Numbered from the stretch's first letter, positions 1 to 10,540 are shown. The stretch is 64,000 nt of DNA from an uncultured Candidatus Saccharibacteria bacterium (GCA_964457775.1 CAYWEW010000007.1:6961-70960); one strand, 5' to 3'. A program made the numbers and translations. Notes: generated by a model from the letters alone, not told the origin.

Positions 1-2
1 TT

Positions 3-947
3 ACCTCATCTATAGAGCATCCAGCTGTTCTCGAACCAATACAAAAATTAGAAAGAGAAAGGAAAATCAAAGTTACATATTTACCTGTTTACGAAAATGG
101 AATTGTAAAAGTTAATGACATTCGTGAAGCTTTAACTGAAGACACAATACTTGTGAGTGTAATGTATGCGAATAATGAAATAGGGACATTGCAACCATTA
201 AAAGAAATTGGGCGCATGTTGGAAGAATGGAAGAAAGAAAATAACCGCACTCACACTAGTTATCCATATTTTCACATAGATGCCTGCCAAGCGGGGAATT
301 ATTGTAATCTTGATGCTGTTAGACTTCGTGCACATTTAATGACAGTGAACAGTAGTAAAGTATATGGACCGAAAGGTATAGCATTATTGTACAAAAGAGA
401 GGGAATAAAAATTGAAAGTATTATTCTAGGTGGTGGACAGGAGAGAGGGTTACGTAGTGGGACAGAAGCTGTACCACTTGCATATTCATTTGGAGTTGCA
501 CTAACTGAAGCAAAAGAGATGAAAGAAAAAGAAAGTGAGAGATTAAGAGTTCTTCGTGATTATTGTAAAGAAGAGCTCACAAAGAAGATAGATGGTGTGA
601 AATTTTATGGTGCTTGGGATGAATATGATAGTCGAAAGTTTAAGGTCGAAGGTCAAAAGTTTTTGCATAATGAATTACGTTTACCTAACAATATTAATTG
701 TCGAATTCCTGGTATATCAAGTGAGGAGATGATTATAAGATTAGACACAGAAGGGTTCGCTGTTTCACACAAGAGTGCGTGTTCATCACAAGTTGATGAT
801 GGGAGTTATGTTATAAAAGCGCTCGGAGCAAGTGATACTGAGTCGAATGAAAATATAAGAATTACACTTGGAAGAAATACAACAAAAAGTGACATTGATA
901 GTTTAATAGTTGTGGTAGTGAGTATATTTAAAAAGTATTCTAAATAG
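3..947 (+). CDS. iscS: Cysteine desulfurase (IscS/NifS family), 5'-truncated by window edge
   Basis: Frame open from nt 3 (TSSIEHPAVL...); MYANNEIG, HIDACQ, SSK(PLP)VYGPKG, RSGTE and SACSS catalytic Cys motifs. Confidence 0.92.
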   Translation, partial: TSSIEHPAVLEPIQKLERERKIKVTYLPVYENGIVKVNDIREALTEDTILVSVMYANNEIGTLQPLKEIGRMLEEWKKENNRTHTSYPYFHIDACQAGNYCNLDAVRLRAHLMTVNSSKVYGPKGIALLYKREGIKIESIILGGGQERGLRSGTEAVPLAYSFGVALTEAKEMKEKESERLRVLRDYCKEELTKKIDGVKFYGAWDEYDSRKFKVEGQKFLHNELRLPNNINCRIPGISSEEMIIRLDTEGFAVSHKSACSSQVDDGSYVIKALGASDTESNENIRITLGRNTTKSDIDSLIVVVVSIFKKYSK

Positions 948-962
948 AATTTTGGGTAAAAT

Positions 963-984
963 AAAAAGTCGCGCTAAGCGCGAC
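963..984 (-). terminator. Intrinsic terminator of the 990-1361 gene
   Basis: GTCGCGC-taa-GCGCGAC stem preceded by A-run on + (U-run on -). Confidence 0.65.
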
Positions 985-989
985 CCAAA

Positions 990-1361
990 TCAAGCAAATT
1001 TTTTTGCAAAACGTAACCATTGTGACTTGTGCTCACCATCTATTTTTTTGGTTACTGCTCTTACTTGAGCGGTTCCATTTTCCGTATTTGGTACGACCTC
1101 GAAAATTAAGTTTTCACCTAAGTGGTCGTATACAAATCTAAGAACTTGATAACCTGCGCCACTCCTTGGTTTTGTTTTAGGAGAATAAAGATTGCATTCA
1201 TCAGGAACAATTGGACCCCGCCCTGTTACATGTGTATATATTGGCATATATGCAAGAACAGCACGTCTTCCAATTACTTCCTCAAGAATTATTATTTCTT
1301 CCTCTCTGCTCTCCACTACCCAACCACGAGAGGCTAAGTTTTCAAGATAGTCGTAAGGCAT
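990..1361 (-). CDS. Hypothetical protein (123 aa)
   Basis: ORF with GAAGGG SD-like element, upstream TGtTATAAT -10 and own terminator. Confidence 0.65.
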   Translation of the reverse strand: MPYDYLENLASRGWVVESREEEIIILEEVIGRRAVLAYMPIYTHVTGRGPIVPDECNLYSPKTKPRSGAGYQVLRFVYDHLGENLIFEVVPNTENGTAQVRAVTKKIDGEHKSQWLRFAKKFA

Positions 1362-1491
1362 CTTATTTCCCTTCGTGTAATTTATGTGGACCTTTTTACA
1401 TTATAACATATTATTAATTTTTGTCCAGTATTATGTCACTTTGTTTTTTTGAGTTTTAACTATAAACTACAAAATATTAACTATCTTATTT

Positions 1492-2052
1492 ATGTACACA
1501 GCAAAAAATTTTTCACAACTATTAGGTATACAAGGTATGAGTGATGCTCTACTTAACAATCACTTCACTCTTTATCAGGGGTATATTACTAATACAAATA
1601 AATTAATTGATTTAATGAAGGAGAAAGAGGTTGGTACTCCAGAATTCGCAGAACTTCATCGTCGTTTTGGTTGGGAATGGAATGGCATGAGATTGCATGA
1701 ACTTTATTTTGGTAATCTTGTAAAAGGTGGTGTGGAATTAAGTGGAAGAAGACTTAAGCCAAAGATTGAAAGTACTTGGGGAAGTTATGAAGCTTGGCAA
1801 AAGGAATTCGTAGGATTAGCATCTATGCGAGGTATAGGTTGGGTAATACTTGCTCATGATAAGGCTGATGGAAAGTTGTTCAATGTTTGGGTAAATGAAC
1901 ATGATACTGGATTGTTAGCTGGAGCTACACCAATACTAGTCATGGACGTTTTTGAACATGCATTCATGCTTGATTATGGAGTAAAGCGTATTGATTATAT
2001 TACAGCCTTTATGTCATCAATTGATTGGCATGCGGTAGAAGAAAGAATTTAA
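1492..2052 (+). CDS. sod: Fe/Mn superoxide dismutase family protein
   Basis: NHFTLYQGY, LHELYF, GIGWVIL and DVFEHAFMLDY metal-ligand motifs. Confidence 0.92.
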   Translation: MYTAKNFSQLLGIQGMSDALLNNHFTLYQGYITNTNKLIDLMKEKEVGTPEFAELHRRFGWEWNGMRLHELYFGNLVKGGVELSGRRLKPKIESTWGSYEAWQKEFVGLASMRGIGWVILAHDKADGKLFNVWVNEHDTGLLAGATPILVMDVFEHAFMLDYGVKRIDYITAFMSSIDWHAVEERI

Positions 2053-2071
2053 TTAAATGTTATATATTATG

Positions 2072-2102
2072 ATGGGTGACATGCGAAGCATGCCACCCAT
2101 TT
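2072..2102 (+). terminator. Hairpin/terminator after sod
   Basis: ATGGGTG-a-CATGC-gaa-GCATG-c-CACCCAT-tt inverted repeat. Confidence 0.6.
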
Positions 2103-2262
2103 GACTTATCTATTGGTTTTATATATAAAGAGGATATACTGTAATGGCTGACAGACTGTTAATCTCCCGAATACCCGTATTATATTGATTTTACATGTTT
2201 TTATTTTTGATTTTAATTTTGAATTTATATAGTAACTAACAACAATAATTAATAATTGCCCC

Positions 2263-4977
2263 ATGCCTCCATCATTTAATAATTTCACCACCAAGGCCAA
2301 AGAAGTCATTCGTCGTGCGCATGAGCTTGCAATTGAACGTGGTCAAAATCAAGTAAACCCACTACATCTTATGGGTGCACTTCTCACACAAGAGGAGTCA
2401 CTTGTTCATGCTATTTTGGAAAAGTTAGAAATCGATATTATTCATCTTACTGATAGTATCGTCGACGCCATAGAAGTTCCCGGAGCATCATCCACTATGA
2501 GTCAGTCATATCAGATGTATCTTACACCAGAACTTGCTCAAACTCTTGAAGTGTCACTTAAAGTTGCTCAATCATACAATGATGAATTCGTTTCGACCGA
2601 ACATCTTTTCCTTGCACTTTTAGAATCCACAGGACAAGTACGCGAAATACTTGCTCGTTTTCGCATCGACAAAGAACAAGCTTATCATATTCTGGAAGAA
2701 CTTCGTTCAAGTAATATTACTGATGCTCAAGGTCCAAAGAAAAACAAAGCACTTGCGAAATTTACTCGTAACTTCACAGATCTTGCACGTCAGGACAAAC
2801 TCGATCCAGTTATTGGGCGTGATGTTGAGATTATGCGCCTAATGCAAATTCTTTCTCGTCGTACAAAGAACAATCCAATTGTAATTGGTGAAGCGGGAAC
2901 AGGAAAGACTGCTGTTGTTGAAGGTCTTGCAATTCGTATGGCAAAAGGGGATGTACCAGAAAGTTTGAAAGGAAAGGAACTCGTATCACTCGATCTTGGT
3001 ATGTTAATTGCTGGAACAAAGTTTCGTGGAGAATTCGAAGAGAGATTAAAATCAATCATGAAAGAAATAGAACGCTCAGAAGGAGGGATTATTCTTTTCA
3101 TTGATGAAATACATACAATAGTTGGAGCAGGGGCAACAGAAGGTTCAGCAGATGCGGCGAACTTGCTTAAACCAGCACTTTCTCGTGGAGAGTTGCGCGC
3201 GATAGGTGCGACAACTCTTAAGGAATATCAAAAGCATATTGAAAAGGATCCTGCACTTGCGCGTCGTTTTCAACCAGTGTTTGTTGAAGAGCCGAATGAG
3301 GTGGACGCTCTTGCTATTTTGCGCGGTCTAAAAGAAAAGTATGAATTATTCCATGGTGTACGCATTACAGATGATGCACTTGTGTCTGCGGTTAATCTTT
3401 CAACAAGATATATCACATCTCGTTTCCTTCCAGATAAGGCTATTGACCTTATCGATGAAGCAGCATCATCACTTCGTATTGCACTTGAGAATAAGCCACC
3501 AGTTTTAGATGAGGCACACCGTAGAATTATGCGTCTTGAAATTGAAAAAGAAGCTCTTACAAAAGAGTTGATTGCTCATAGTGATGATAATGTCACTGGT
3601 ACAAAGAAACGTATCGCAACTATTGAAGAAGAAATTGCAAATGTAAAAGAAAAAACACATGAACTAGAACTTAAGTGGAAGAATGAGAAGAAAACACTTT
3701 TAGAAATAGGCGAGATTAAAAAGTCACTAGAGTCATTAAGAGCTGAGTCAGAGAAAGCAGAACTCAGAGCTGACCTTACTCGTGTTGCTGAGATTCGTTA
3801 TGGCCAAATACCAGAACTTACAAAAGAACTTGGAGAAAGGATTGAAAGACTAAAGAAACTTCAAAAGACTAGAAGAATCTTAAAAGAAGAAGTTACAGAA
3901 GAAGATGTGGCTGGTGTTGTTGCGCGTTGGACGGGTATTCCAGTTGTTCGCATGCTTGAAGAAGAAGAGGATAAATTGTCACGAATGGAAGATGAACTTG
4001 GTAAGCGTGTTATAAGTCAACGTGATGCAATTGCGAAGATTAGTGGTGCAGTACGTCGCTCACGCGCGGGAATCAATGATCCACAGCGACCAATCGGATC
4101 ATTTATGTTCTTGGGCCCAACCGGTGTTGGTAAGACTGAACTTACTAAGGCTCTTGCTGAATTTATGTTCAACGATGAAAAGGCTTTGATTAAAGTCGAC
4201 ATGAGTGAATACATGGAGAAACATAGTACAAGCAAATTAATTGGTTCACCTCCAGGATATGTTGGTTATGACGAATCAGGACAATTAACAGAAGCAGTAC
4301 GTCATCGTCCATATGCAGTTATTTTGTTTGACGAAATAGAAAAGGCTCATCCTGAAGTATTTAATCTCTTACTTCAAGTGTTAGATGAAGGACGTCTCAC
4401 TGACAGTAAAGGTCGTGTTGTTAATTTCAAAAACACAATTATTATTATGACTTCAAATATTGGAAGCCAATATATTCAAAAAATGGAAACAATTGGATTT
4501 TCTAACAATGAAGTTGGAAGTGAATATGTTCAAGTAAAAGAACGTGTTATGGAAGCACTTAAGGAATTCTTCAAACCAGAATTTTTGAATAGACTTGATG
4601 AAACAATTATCTTTGATGTTCTTTCCAAAGAAGAAGTCAAAAAAATTGTATCACTTCAAATTAATCTACTTGCAGACAGACTTACAGAAAAAGAAATTGT
4701 ACTTGATGTAACCCATGAAGCAGTGTCACATATTGCAGAAAAATCATATGACCCACATTATGGTGCGCGACCAATTAAGAGATTTATGCAAACAAATATT
4801 CTTAATCAAATCGCCGCACTTATGCTTTCTAAGAAATTTGGAAAGGGAGGAATTGCACATGTATCACTTAATAAAAAAGGTGACATAGAAGTGGATGCTA
4901 GAAAAGCAAAGAAAATACCTAGTCCATTAAATGTAGAATTACGTAGAACAAAAACAGAAGGACGTGGAAAGAAATAA
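2263..4977 (+). CDS. clpB: ATP-dependent chaperone ClpB
   Basis: Clp-N domain, two AAA+ modules ([16 protein letters not shown]), coiled-coil middle domain, GSPPGYVGY. Confidence 0.95.
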   Translation: MPPSFNNFTTKAKEVIRRAHELAIERGQNQVNPLHLMGALLTQEESLVHAILEKLEIDIIHLTDSIVDAIEVPGASSTMSQSYQMYLTPELAQTLEVSLKVAQSYNDEFVSTEHLFLALLESTGQVREILARFRIDKEQAYHILEELRSSNITDAQGPKKNKALAKFTRNFTDLARQDKLDPVIGRDVEIMRLMQILSRRTKNNPIVIGEAGTGKTAVVEGLAIRMAKGDVPESLKGKELVSLDLGMLIAGTKFRGEFEERLKSIMKEIERSEGGIILFIDEIHTIVGAGATEGSADAANLLKPALSRGELRAIGATTLKEYQKHIEKDPALARRFQPVFVEEPNEVDALAILRGLKEKYELFHGVRITDDALVSAVNLSTRYITSRFLPDKAIDLIDEAASSLRIALENKPPVLDEAHRRIMRLEIEKEALTKELIAHSDDNVTGTKKRIATIEEEIANVKEKTHELELKWKNEKKTLLEIGEIKKSLESLRAESEKAELRADLTRVAEIRYGQIPELTKELGERIERLKKLQKTRRILKEEVTEEDVAGVVARWTGIPVVRMLEEEEDKLSRMEDELGKRVISQRDAIAKISGAVRRSRAGINDPQRPIGSFMFLGPTGVGKTELTKALAEFMFNDEKALIKVDMSEYMEKHSTSKLIGSPPGYVGYDESGQLTEAVRHRPYAVILFDEIEKAHPEVFNLLLQVLDEGRLTDSKGRVVNFKNTIIIMTSNIGSQYIQKMETIGFSNNEVGSEYVQVKERVMEALKEFFKPEFLNRLDETIIFDVLSKEEVKKIVSLQINLLADRLTEKEIVLDVTHEAVSHIAEKSYDPHYGARPIKRFMQTNILNQIAALMLSKKFGKGGIAHVSLNKKGDIEVDARKAKKIPSPLNVELRRTKTEGRGKK

Positions 4978-5015
4978 AATTACTAAGAAAATGGAACTGC
5001 GTATAACATATTAAT

Positions 5016-5043
5016 TTGACTTTTGTCAAGTTTGTGCTATACT
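5016..5043 (+). promoter_or_regulatory. sigma70-type promoter with TTGAC-N4-GTCAA palindrome over -35
   Basis: TTGACT-N16-(TGc)TATACT; palindrome aatTTGAC tttt GTCAAgtt. Confidence 0.55.
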
Positions 5044-5093
5044 GCATAGAGGTTACACAAGTTTTTGTTTTTGTAATGAAAAGGGGTGTAAAA

Positions 5094-5327
5094 ATGAAAG
5101 TCCTTTCCTTGAAAGAAGTGCGTCCCGGTATGAAAGTATTCGTTTCAATGCCTGGGTCTCCCCCAATAAAAAATGCAACTGTAAGGAAGGTTGCAGTAGA
5201 AAAGATTCATGGATGGCAAGAAGTAATTAGTTTGTTCCTCAACGTAGGAGAAGGTCAAAGTCATATTTTGGTTGCTGGAGTGGATGATTTCTCCAGGTCT
5301 AATAATCAGATATTTTTGACTGCATAA
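5094..5327 (+). CDS. Small hypothetical protein (77 aa, MKVLSLKEVRPGMKV..., possible SH3/KOW-like beta barrel)
   Basis: AAGGGG SD before ATG 5094; own promoter and terminator. Confidence 0.55.
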   Translation: MKVLSLKEVRPGMKVFVSMPGSPPIKNATVRKVAVEKIHGWQEVISLFLNVGEGQSHILVAGVDDFSRSNNQIFLTA

Positions 5328-5360
5328 AACAAAAAACAAAATAAGAATAAAATGAGGAGA

Positions 5361-5390
5361 GGCTCGCCACACACAGTTGGCGAGCTTTTA
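5361..5390 (+). terminator. Intrinsic terminator
   Basis: GCTCGCCA...TGGCGAGC followed by TTTTT. Confidence 0.7.
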
Positions 5391-5451
5391 GTTTGATAGG
5401 TTGTAAATTAGGTCAAAAAAGTATAGAATATACAGGTGCCAAATAATAAAT

Positions 5452-5534
5452 GCGTCGGTGGTGGAGTGGTCAATCACAACAGACTGTAAATCTGTCGCCT
5501 TCGGGCTTCGCTGGTTCAAATCCAGCCCGGCGCA
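5452..5534 (+). tRNA. tRNA-Tyr (GTA), CCA not encoded
   Basis: Acceptor GCGTCGG/CCGGCGC-A, anticodon arm ACAGA-CTGTAAA-TCTGT, long variable arm, T-arm GCTGG-TTCAAAT-CCAGC. Confidence 0.96.
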
Positions 5535-5725
5535 CAAATATAATAAAAGTCCTACATGTAATCATGTGGGACTTTTAATATATTCTGTCTGCCATAGAAG
5601 CAAGACAACTTCTTGTCTTGCGATGGATTTGAATTGGCGAACTAGCAAGTTCGGTTCTTGGAACCAAGCGAAACTACTTCGAGCGCAGCGAGGAGTTTTG
5701 TGACCTAATCCAGCCAGACTCATAA
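5535..5725 (+). repeat. Structured tRNA 3' trailer with anti-T-arm sequence and degenerate copy of the tRNA 3' end
   Basis: 22-bp imperfect IR 5538-5584, hairpin GCAAGACAA/TTGTCTTGC, TGGATTTGAA complementary to the tRNA T-loop, AATCCAGCCAGACTCA at ~5707-5722. Confidence 0.6.
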
Positions 5726-5813
5726 TCTAAAATAAAGGAATGAAAAGGTACTCTTTCAGTTGTTTTGTTTATACTTAGCTTTTCTGATATTTTATTGTTA
5801 AACTTCAATCATT

Positions 5814-6209
5814 ATGAAAATATCAAAATATATTGCAATTTTTCTGACAGCACTTTTTATTGGAATTGTTACTATTGAGAGATTGCCAGGAGTACTCACA
5901 TCAACAGATGTTCCATTTGAGTGGTTAATGTTTGGACTCTTTAAAATTTCACTTCTTGATGATATTACTCACGGTATATCTGGCGTTTTAGGTCTGCTTG
6001 CTATTATTGGTGGTTATAGATGGACAATAAAATGGCTTATGCTTGTCGGAGGATACTATTCACTGGATGCTATATTTTTTATTGTAAATGGTTTTGTAAC
6101 AGGGCAGTCATTTATTGAAAATATTTTGTTAAATGGTCCTCATATTGGTATTACTATTCTTGTTATTATTGCGATTCATAGTTCAGTAAAAAGAATTGAA
6201 CTTAAGTAG
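5814..6209 (+). CDS. Small integral membrane protein (about 4 TM, DUF4383-like)
   Basis: Hydrophobic helices, DDITHG and NGPH His motifs; 9 nt upstream of the FAD oxidoreductase. Confidence 0.7.
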   Translation: MKISKYIAIFLTALFIGIVTIERLPGVLTSTDVPFEWLMFGLFKISLLDDITHGISGVLGLLAIIGGYRWTIKWLMLVGGYYSLDAIFFIVNGFVTGQSFIENILLNGPHIGITILVIIAIHSSVKRIELK

Positions 6210-6218
6210 TTTAATTAA

Positions 6219-8720
6219 ATGAAGTTTTTTAAAGTTAGGAGTTATTTTAGTAGAATATCAGTATCTAAGTTTTTGTTATGTTTCTTCTTATTTATATTTT
6301 TTGGAGTCCTTATTTCTTTTTTTTATATAGTACTTACAACTCATAATAATCCAATCCCAGATAAAGCAGTTCAAGAAAAAATAAATAATCAAAAAAATAT
6401 TGTTTTAGATGCTTCAGAACTATACCCAGTTATTGTTAAAGGTATTATTGTTCCTCATACAACAGAAGAAATCGTAAAAGCTGTTAAGGAAAACGATTAT
6501 GTATCAATCGGTGGTGGACGAAACAGTATGGGAGGTCAAACAGCAAGTGAAAAAGCTATACAGATTGATATGAGAGAGCTTAATAAAATTATTTCTTTTT
6601 CAACAACTACGAAAGAAATAACGGTGCAGGCTGGTATTAGATGGAGAGATATTCAAGATTTTATTGATCCATATAATCTCTCAGTTAAAATAATGCAGAC
6701 ATATAGTAATTTTACTGTAGGTGGATCACTTTCTGTAAATGTTCACGGTAGATATATTGGGCTTGGGCCGATTATTTTAAGTGTAAAAGGTTTCACAATT
6801 GTGCTTGCTGATGGAAGTATTGTACATGCTACACCAGAAGAGAATTCAGATATTTTTTATAGTGCAATTGGTGGAATGGGAGGAATTGGTGTGATTACTG
6901 ACGTTACGCTCTCGCTTGCTGATAATGTTAATGTAGAAAGAAGTCCTGTACTTTTAACGACAGTAGAATATAAAGATTATTTTAAAAATAATGTTCGAAA
7001 TGACTCAAAAGTTATTTTTCATAATGGGGATATGTATCCGCCAGAATTCAAATATGTTCGTGCTGTAAGCTGGAAAGAAACAATAAAGGATCAGACAACA
7101 TATAATCGACTTATTCCACAAAGAAAAGATTATTGGAAAGAAAGAATTGCTTGGGTTGTGATGAGTGAATGGCCGAAAGGAAGATGGATTAGAGAATATA
7201 TTATTGACCCAATTCTTTATTTCGGTGATCAACCTGTTCATACGCGCAACTACGAAGCTAGCTATGATTTTGCTGAACTTGAGCCAGAGAGTAGAGATAA
7301 AAGTAGTTATGTTTTACAGGAATATTTTGTACCAGTGGAAAAATTTGATGAGTGGGTTCCCAAGATGAAGAAAGTTTTTAATGATAATAATGTAAATGTT
7401 ATCAATGTATCTATTCGTCACTCTCTCCCAGATAATGGGGCAAAGTTAGCTTGGGCAAGAACTGAGAGTTTTGCATTTGTTGTTTATTATAAACAAGGAA
7501 CAAGCGATAAAGAAAGAGCTAAGGTCTCTAATTGGACAAGAGAGATGATCGATCAAGTCATAAGTGTTGGTGGTACTTATTATTTACCCTATCAGCTTCA
7601 CGCGAGCGATGATCAGTTCCACTCATCATATCCGCAAGCAATAGAATATTTTGAAATAAAAAAACAATATGACCCAGCTGACAAGTTTACTAATAAATTG
7701 TGGGAAAAATATTATAGCGAGGATAAACTTAAATATTATAAGAATCGTAACTCAATTCTCCGCTTGGCTAGTACTACAAGTGAGTACTTTAGGCCGTACG
7801 ACAATGCGTGTCTCTCTATTCCTGAATGGTTTATTGTTTATAATTCACTAGAGTATTCACGAGCGCTTTCTAATTCAACCCCGTCTTCCTTTAAGTATTT
7901 CTCAGCAATAAAAGAATATTGGAAGGAGTATTCAAATGTGAATAGTCTTTTAGCTTCAAGTACTAACAATAATAGTGACTATGTAATGGTGTTAAGAGTT
8001 ATCGGGATTAGTTATTCTTTTGAACTTGCAGTCAAAGGCGTATATGAAAATACTTTAGGAAGATTAACTGAATGGCTAGCGCAAGGTAAACCTGTTTATG
8101 AAGAAAAAGTTGCAGCACAGATGAATAGTGATTATGGAGAATTTATATATGATTATCCATGGTATGACTTTCCTTACGGGTCATACTTTAAACCTCTTTG
8201 GTCAAGAAGTGATGATTCAAATTTAACGTTTGGGCAGTATATAAGAAAAATTGAACGACTTGTATTTATTTCTTTAGAGTTAGAAGTAAAAATTGCATAT
8301 TCAAAACTTATAGCATTTTTTACGCATCAGAAATTTGGAGTGCAGGATGATAATATTTATGCAATTATTTCTAGGGACGGAGGAAAGAATCTTGAGCTAT
8401 TTTCAGCACCACACTATCAACCATTTACTCGAGCTCTTTTATCTGAGATGAATGATGCTATTGTTTATGGAAATGATTTTCAGGTGCTGGATATTTCAGG
8501 GAATAAAAAAATAACGTTTAGTTTTCTGATACCAGAAGGTGATGCTTCATCAGATAAGATTATAGAATTATTTCGAACAAAAGAGGGTTATTTTAAAAAT
8601 GACATTAATTTAATTACAAAAGAAAGAGTTCATGCGGAAGTTGAGGTAATTAATATTTTTTCAGTTTATAAAAATCTAAGGGAACAACGACTCACAATCG
8701 ACCATTTTTATGATTATTAA
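6219..8720 (+). CDS. Membrane-anchored FAD-binding oxidoreductase (PCMH/VAO-type) fused to a C-terminal domain of unknown function
   Basis: N-terminal TM; SIGGGRNSMGGQ, VQAGIRW, TVGGSLSVNVHG, IGGMGGIGVI, GGTYYLPY, KKQYDP motifs. Confidence 0.85.
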   Translation: MKFFKVRSYFSRISVSKFLLCFFLFIFFGVLISFFYIVLTTHNNPIPDKAVQEKINNQKNIVLDASELYPVIVKGIIVPHTTEEIVKAVKENDYVSIGGGRNSMGGQTASEKAIQIDMRELNKIISFSTTTKEITVQAGIRWRDIQDFIDPYNLSVKIMQTYSNFTVGGSLSVNVHGRYIGLGPIILSVKGFTIVLADGSIVHATPEENSDIFYSAIGGMGGIGVITDVTLSLADNVNVERSPVLLTTVEYKDYFKNNVRNDSKVIFHNGDMYPPEFKYVRAVSWKETIKDQTTYNRLIPQRKDYWKERIAWVVMSEWPKGRWIREYIIDPILYFGDQPVHTRNYEASYDFAELEPESRDKSSYVLQEYFVPVEKFDEWVPKMKKVFNDNNVNVINVSIRHSLPDNGAKLAWARTESFAFVVYYKQGTSDKERAKVSNWTREMIDQVISVGGTYYLPYQLHASDDQFHSSYPQAIEYFEIKKQYDPADKFTNKLWEKYYSEDKLKYYKNRNSILRLASTTSEYFRPYDNACLSIPEWFIVYNSLEYSRALSNSTPSSFKYFSAIKEYWKEYSNVNSLLASSTNNNSDYVMVLRVIGISYSFELAVKGVYENTLGRLTEWLAQGKPVYEEKVAAQMNSDYGEFIYDYPWYDFPYGSYFKPLWSRSDDSNLTFGQYIRKIERLVFISLELEVKIAYSKLIAFFTHQKFGVQDDNIYAIISRDGGKNLELFSAPHYQPFTRALLSEMNDAIVYGNDFQVLDISGNKKITFSFLIPEGDASSDKIIELFRTKEGYFKNDINLITKERVHAEVEVINIFSVYKNLREQRLTIDHFYDY

Positions 8721-8756
8721 AAATTTAATTTATTAACAGTGTGTTATAATTATTTT

Positions 8757-9407
8757 ATGAGTAAAAAACTTCCTACAGCTTTAGTCGCCGTTGATATATG
8801 TATTTTTAAGATTATTGATAATCAGCTTTGTGTTTATGTTACTAAGGTTGATAATGATAATTATAAAAATATGAGATGTTTACCCGGGGGACTTATATAT
8901 TTAAATGAAAATGCAGATGAGACAGTTAAGAGAATTATTGAAGAAAAAACCTGCCTAGAGGATAATAAGGTTTATAGAGAACAACTCTGTTCTTTTTCTA
9001 AAGTAAATAGAGACAAGAGAAGTAGAGTGGTTTCAGTTGCATATCTTGCTATTTATTCTGGTAATAGTAATGAAGGTTTTTTTAATATTAATTCGATAGG
9101 CAAACTGGCTTATGATCATAATGAGATTTTGGAAAAAGCAGAACACAGAATTTCTTCTAAGCTTGAATATACAACTATTGTGAAGAAGTTTATGAAAAAT
9201 AAGTTTACTTATTCTGAATTACAGAAGGCGTATGAGGTTATACTAAGAAAAGAAATAGATAAAAGAAATTTTAGAAAAAAGATAGACAGTTTGGATATTT
9301 TAAAGGAGGCAGGAACAATGAGAAAAGAAGGGAGGATGAGACCAGCTCAAGAATACACTTTCAAATCTGAAAAGGTTCAGAATTTCAAACTCTTTGGAGA
9401 ATTTTAA
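8757..9407 (+). CDS. nrtR: NrtR-family transcriptional regulator (degenerate Nudix + winged HTH)
   Basis: AVDICIF, LPGG..NENADETVKRIIEEKT (non-catalytic Nudix box), EQL..F...RD.R.RVVSVAY, LAYDH, FTYSELQKAYEVIL...DKRNFRKK. Confidence 0.9.
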   Translation: MSKKLPTALVAVDICIFKIIDNQLCVYVTKVDNDNYKNMRCLPGGLIYLNENADETVKRIIEEKTCLEDNKVYREQLCSFSKVNRDKRSRVVSVAYLAIYSGNSNEGFFNINSIGKLAYDHNEILEKAEHRISSKLEYTTIVKKFMKNKFTYSELQKAYEVILRKEIDKRNFRKKIDSLDILKEAGTMRKEGRMRPAQEYTFKSEKVQNFKLFGEF

Positions 9408-9531
9408 ATATAGCAGTTACGATTTGCGATTAAGGTGGTAATATTTCTAGTATTTGTAGTGCGAGTTATTTATTAAAATTGTGCATTTTTTGTTTGTTAT
9501 TAAATAATTTTAAAGTATTAATAATATACTA

Positions 9532-9554
9532 TTTAGTGTTCACTTGACACTAAA
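9532..9554. promoter_or_regulatory. NrtR operator 1 (overlaps -35 of the operon promoter)
   Basis: TTTAGTGT-N7-ACACTAAA palindrome with the GT-N7-AC core of NrtR sites. Confidence 0.85.
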
Positions 9555-9572
9555 ATGTGATAGGTGTACAAT
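9544..9572 (+). promoter_or_regulatory. sigma70 promoter of the 9705-14301 operon
   Basis: TTGACA-N17-TACAAT. Confidence 0.8.
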
Positions 9573-9581
9573 AAGATTAGA

Positions 9582-9608
9582 TAATTAGTGTATAGTTAAC
9601 ACTAATTA
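9582..9608. promoter_or_regulatory. NrtR operator 2
   Basis: TAATTAGTGT-N7-ACACTAATTA, perfect 10-bp arms just downstream of -10. Confidence 0.85.
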
Positions 9609-9704
9609 AGGGAATGTCATTTTGACACATTAGGCAGATTGTGGTAGTGTCATTCCTAATGATTGTTGTTTGACAATTAGGTTTAATTCGAAAAGGAGTA
9701 TTCC

Positions 9705-10529
9705 ATGAATACTGTTTCTGTAAGTGGTAAGTGTGATTATCTTGTAGGGAAACCTCTTGGTGGGAATAGTCGGTTCAATTTGTATCGGGCGTCCTCAAAT
9801 GCTTATCCTGATCAAGACTTCATACTCAAGATTGCAAAAACAACTGCGCAAAATCCACTTTTGGAGCGTGAGGCTTTTATTTTTTCGATTATGAATGATG
9901 AAGCTAAACGTCTTGAAGAAGAATATGCGCGGGTTACTGAAGGAAAAGGGTTTCTTAATTATCAGGTTGGTTTCCCTGTTTTGGTCGAAACATTTTTGGC
10001 TGACTCACAGGATAATCGACGGGTTATTGTTGCATCTCTTAGCTCAGAAAATATTAGCAATTTTGTTTCTCTTTCTATGGTGCGTGAACGTGATCGTGTT
10101 CGTGTTGATCCAAAAACAAGTGCCTGGATAATGGGAAAACTTCTCAAGATTCTTGCATTTTGTCACAACCAAAAAATCATAAACAAAAATATTTCTTGTG
10201 GTAATGTTCTCATAGAACGAGGTAATCATCTAGTTACTGTATACGATTGGTCAACTGCTTCAATTCACAACGAAGGTATTCCTCAGGCAGATTCACGAGA
10301 AGAAATAAAGTGCGCTACGCGTGAAGTGGTTCGTGTTTTGGGTGGTAATATCGTTTCGGGAGAAATCCCTGATGATAAACAACTCGTAGATGGTAAGTAT
10401 CAAGAATTTCTCATCAAGCTACTTAGTGGTTCTTATAGCAATGCAAAGGAAGCCCATTCGCGTTTTTACGAAGTTGTAGAAGCAGTCTGGGGCAGAAAGT
10501 TTCACCCGTACGCCTCTTACCCACTGTAA
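9705..10529 (+). CDS. Protein-kinase-fold protein, probable pseudokinase
   Basis: ILKIAK (VAIK Lys), LEREA (alphaC Glu), catalytic loop IINKNISCGNVLI, YDWS (DFG equivalent); AAGGAG SD. Confidence 0.75.
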   Translation: MNTVSVSGKCDYLVGKPLGGNSRFNLYRASSNAYPDQDFILKIAKTTAQNPLLEREAFIFSIMNDEAKRLEEEYARVTEGKGFLNYQVGFPVLVETFLADSQDNRRVIVASLSSENISNFVSLSMVRERDRVRVDPKTSAWIMGKLLKILAFCHNQKIINKNISCGNVLIERGNHLVTVYDWSTASIHNEGIPQADSREEIKCATREVVRVLGGNIVSGEIPDDKQLVDGKYQEFLIKLLSGSYSNAKEAHSRFYEVVEAVWGRKFHPYASYPL

Positions 10530-10540
10530 AGGAGAAGGAA

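Noticed and set aside
5458-5703. 81-aa ORF
   Set aside because: It is tRNA-Tyr and its structured trailer read as codons
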